Of a stretch of 64,000 bases of DNA, positions 61,471 through 64,000 are shown in pieces. The translations under genes and the position numbers were made by a program. The DNA is taken from contig JAQGDQ010000204.1 in assembly GCA_030141605.1 (NCBI GenBank), positions 124,001 through 188,000 of the forward strand, in the 5' to 3' direction. How positions within the stretch are numbered: position 1 is the first letter of the stretch; the number at the start of each line of letters is the position of its first letter. The notes under the pieces were generated by a model. The model saw only the letters and a list, made by a program, of their open reading frames with translations. It made no database searches and was not told where the DNA came from. Source of the DNA: Tubiluchus corallicola. Lineage: Eukaryota; Animalia; Priapulida.

Positions 61471-63045
61471 ATGTCATCAGAGGTAAGTGCTGCCGGCTAC
61501 GTGTAGTCGCAACACGATCATTAACAGCAGGTTAACAGGCAAAATAGTTACCTGTTTGTATGACCGTACACGTGTATTTGACATTTTCCGCTGGCTTCCG
61601 CATCTGATTCAGCGGTACTACAGTAACCTCATTATCATAATCATCATCACCATCGTCATGTGGCTGTAGTAGTAATAGCCTTAGCAGCAGCTGCAAGCGT
61701 TAAGACCTTTTGCTGGACAATAGTTGTATTTCTGTTAGTTCTGTCTAATACAATAATGTCCCAGTTATCTTCTAATGTAAAACGTTTTTATTTGCTACTG
61801 AAACAGATACATTAAGTTTTGTGGTAAATGCGCTGGTAAAATTAATCTGCAGCAAAATTAATGTTTTAAGCGACGGTTATTGCGCGCATTCATCCTGTTA
61901 TACACCATACACGCAATGTAACGTGCGTGAGAGTACGCATCCGTGTCTTCAATTTAAACTCTTAATCGATGTGACTCAGAATATAAAAAAGTAATTGCAC
62001 TAATAGCACAGTGCGTATCACTTGAAGACAAAGTATTTTTAGGCAAAGTGAAGAGGCGAACCTTAAAAGGAGAAACGAGTTTTCTTATTGTAATTGGTAA
62101 TTGAAACTAGTAGTCGTGAAAAAAATTAAATCCATTCTCCAAAATTACACCAGGTTACATGGGCACCATCCGTTCTAAATCTGTAGCATATCTAGAGGTT
62201 TCTAGAATAATGAAGTTTTAAAATTTGTTTTAAATCACAAATGTGGCGATGACCACTTTAAATGTTCAAGCGATCAGTGGTCCCCTTTTCTTTTTTCTTT
62301 ACTACTGAACTAGCTTTACCAAATTCAATTTTCTGTACCGCTGTGCTGCTAACAAATTTTTAATATCATCTTGCTGGTCAGCAACGTAAGCTATATTGTT
62401 CTTTCTGAAGAACCTAACCTGAAGAAAATTGAAAAAAATTAGAAAATAATCTAAACACTTGAGAACTAACCAACAAAAATAAAACTTAATAGTTGGCTAA
62501 TGTAAACAAACAGAAATGTAGCCATTCCAAATTAAACGGTTGTCTGAGAAGACGAAAAGTGCTATACAATCACATTCAAATTGAACAGTTTTGTTGAGGC
62601 AATGTTGTTTCTTAAAACGTACATTAAAACTTGCGTGTCAGAAATATAGTAAGAATACCTTGTTTCGAGCAGTAAATACGTGATAGATGAGCAAGAAAAA
62701 ATACACCAGTCTCGTCTGTTATCACTTTTATGTTCTTCACACGTTTGGCTTATTTTTGCGGAAATCAATTTAGTTTTCCAACTTGCTATTTCGCTACAGG
62801 CCCTCGCAGAGTTCAATCCAAAGGCAAAACAAACGTATCTCATTCGAAATCAGTCATTCAATCGGGACTCGAGGATCGATAGTCGGCTTTCTTCCGGCTG
62901 CAGCAATACAGTAGCATCGATCCGTGTCCGGTTTATAAACGTCCGTGGCTGCAGCGAACACACGAACCGAGATTTTGGGAATTATGTCAGCATCGTCACT
63001 CACTACGCTGCTCTACGCAACGGCGCAGATCATCTTTCATCTTAA
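61471..63045 (+). CDS. Hypothetical spliced small ORF, about 85 aa, no recognised homology
   Basis: A 28-nt exon at 61455-61482 (TTGCCTGCAG| ... |GTAAGT) contains ATG TCA TCA GAG. It joins in phase 0 to the acceptor CTACAG|62800 and reads open to TAA at 63045: MSSEALAEFNPKAKQTYLIRNQSF...GADHLSS. Confidence 0.25.
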
Positions 63046-64000
63046 ACATAACCCAAACGTCATTTTCAATATAAAACCCACATTTGCTTTCATCATTAAG
63101 TTTATTTTAATTGTAGAGATGAACAATGATTTTAGAGATTGCGGAATAGTGAAGCTGGACGGGCATAATCTTGTATTAGTTCCGCAACAAGGCCGAATGG
63201 CCAGTCCAGTGTCATGCAACAGATATCTACCAGTGATTACCCAATTCAAGACCATCCCATGGTCACTCCTCCAAGCACTTATCAAAGCCAGTGGATGGCT
63301 TAATGTCGGAAAGCATACATCCATGGTTGGCGTGACATCCCACGTCATTATATTCAATGATCTCATACATGTTTGCACGTTTATTTTAATAAAGATGCTT
63401 CAAAACACTACTATTGTGGCCAAAGCGGTGGTATTATAAGAAGCCAGAATCAGCGTCACAGATGATTAAATACCTTATTTTCTGCTTGTGTATTGTAATT
63501 CGTATTCCAGCAAAATAGTATGACTCAAGAGCAGACTCAAAGCCTACTCAACGAATCTGTTCGGTCTTGAGAATTTTTCAAAATAATGTTAAAGGGTTGT
63601 ATAAAATCATTGATTTTGACATTTTCCTCATTTTATAATCTGAAAGCCTGTGGGCATAATTAAGGCAAAAAATCTCTGTAGGAAGGGCTCACGGGGATTA
63701 CAATTAACCTCGTCTGAAACCGCTTTTCTCTAAATAATTATAAAGAAAATGGAGTAATAGCAATTTTTGTCAACAATATCGTTAAATATTGTAGTATATT
63801 GCTGAAGTGTAATATACTTGCAATGAATTTAAAAAATACCATAATTAAAAAACAAGGAGAAAATTAAAAACCCGAACACAAAAAAGTCGGTTGTGTCCCA
63901 CGCTGTTCTGTGACTATGACTTTTGATTTTTTACTTCAATGCTTTCTCTTGTGTTTGTACCTTTTTAGTTTGATAATTTCATGTGTTAATAATATAAATA

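Overview
AT-rich, intron-rich eukaryotic DNA that looks like an invertebrate animal genome; the taxon cannot be determined from this window. I reconstructed exons by hand from splice signals and reading-frame continuity. Genes in order: (1) the first three coding exons of ARMH3/C10orf76 (- strand, running off the left edge); (2) head-to-head with it, a complete 7-exon GATD3/ES1-like mitochondrial DJ-1-family gene whose last intron is a U12-type AT-AC intron; (3) nested antisense in GATD3 intron 4, an intronless S1 serine protease gene disabled by one TGA and one frameshift; (4) a near full-length decayed LINE; (5) a MYORG/SITS-binding-protein-like GH31 type II membrane protein that appears to have lost both catalytic aspartates; (6) a secreted animal heme peroxidase of at least 14 exons with a furin site, a 19-proline tract and a Cys-flanked RGD; (7) a 12-exon SLC7 (LAT/b0,+AT-like) amino acid transporter light chain with inverted repeats bracketing five exons; (8) a possible unidentified spliced transcript at the right end. 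MITEs, LINE 3' fragments and microsatellites are scattered through the introns. Family assignments come from remembered motifs, not from database searches.
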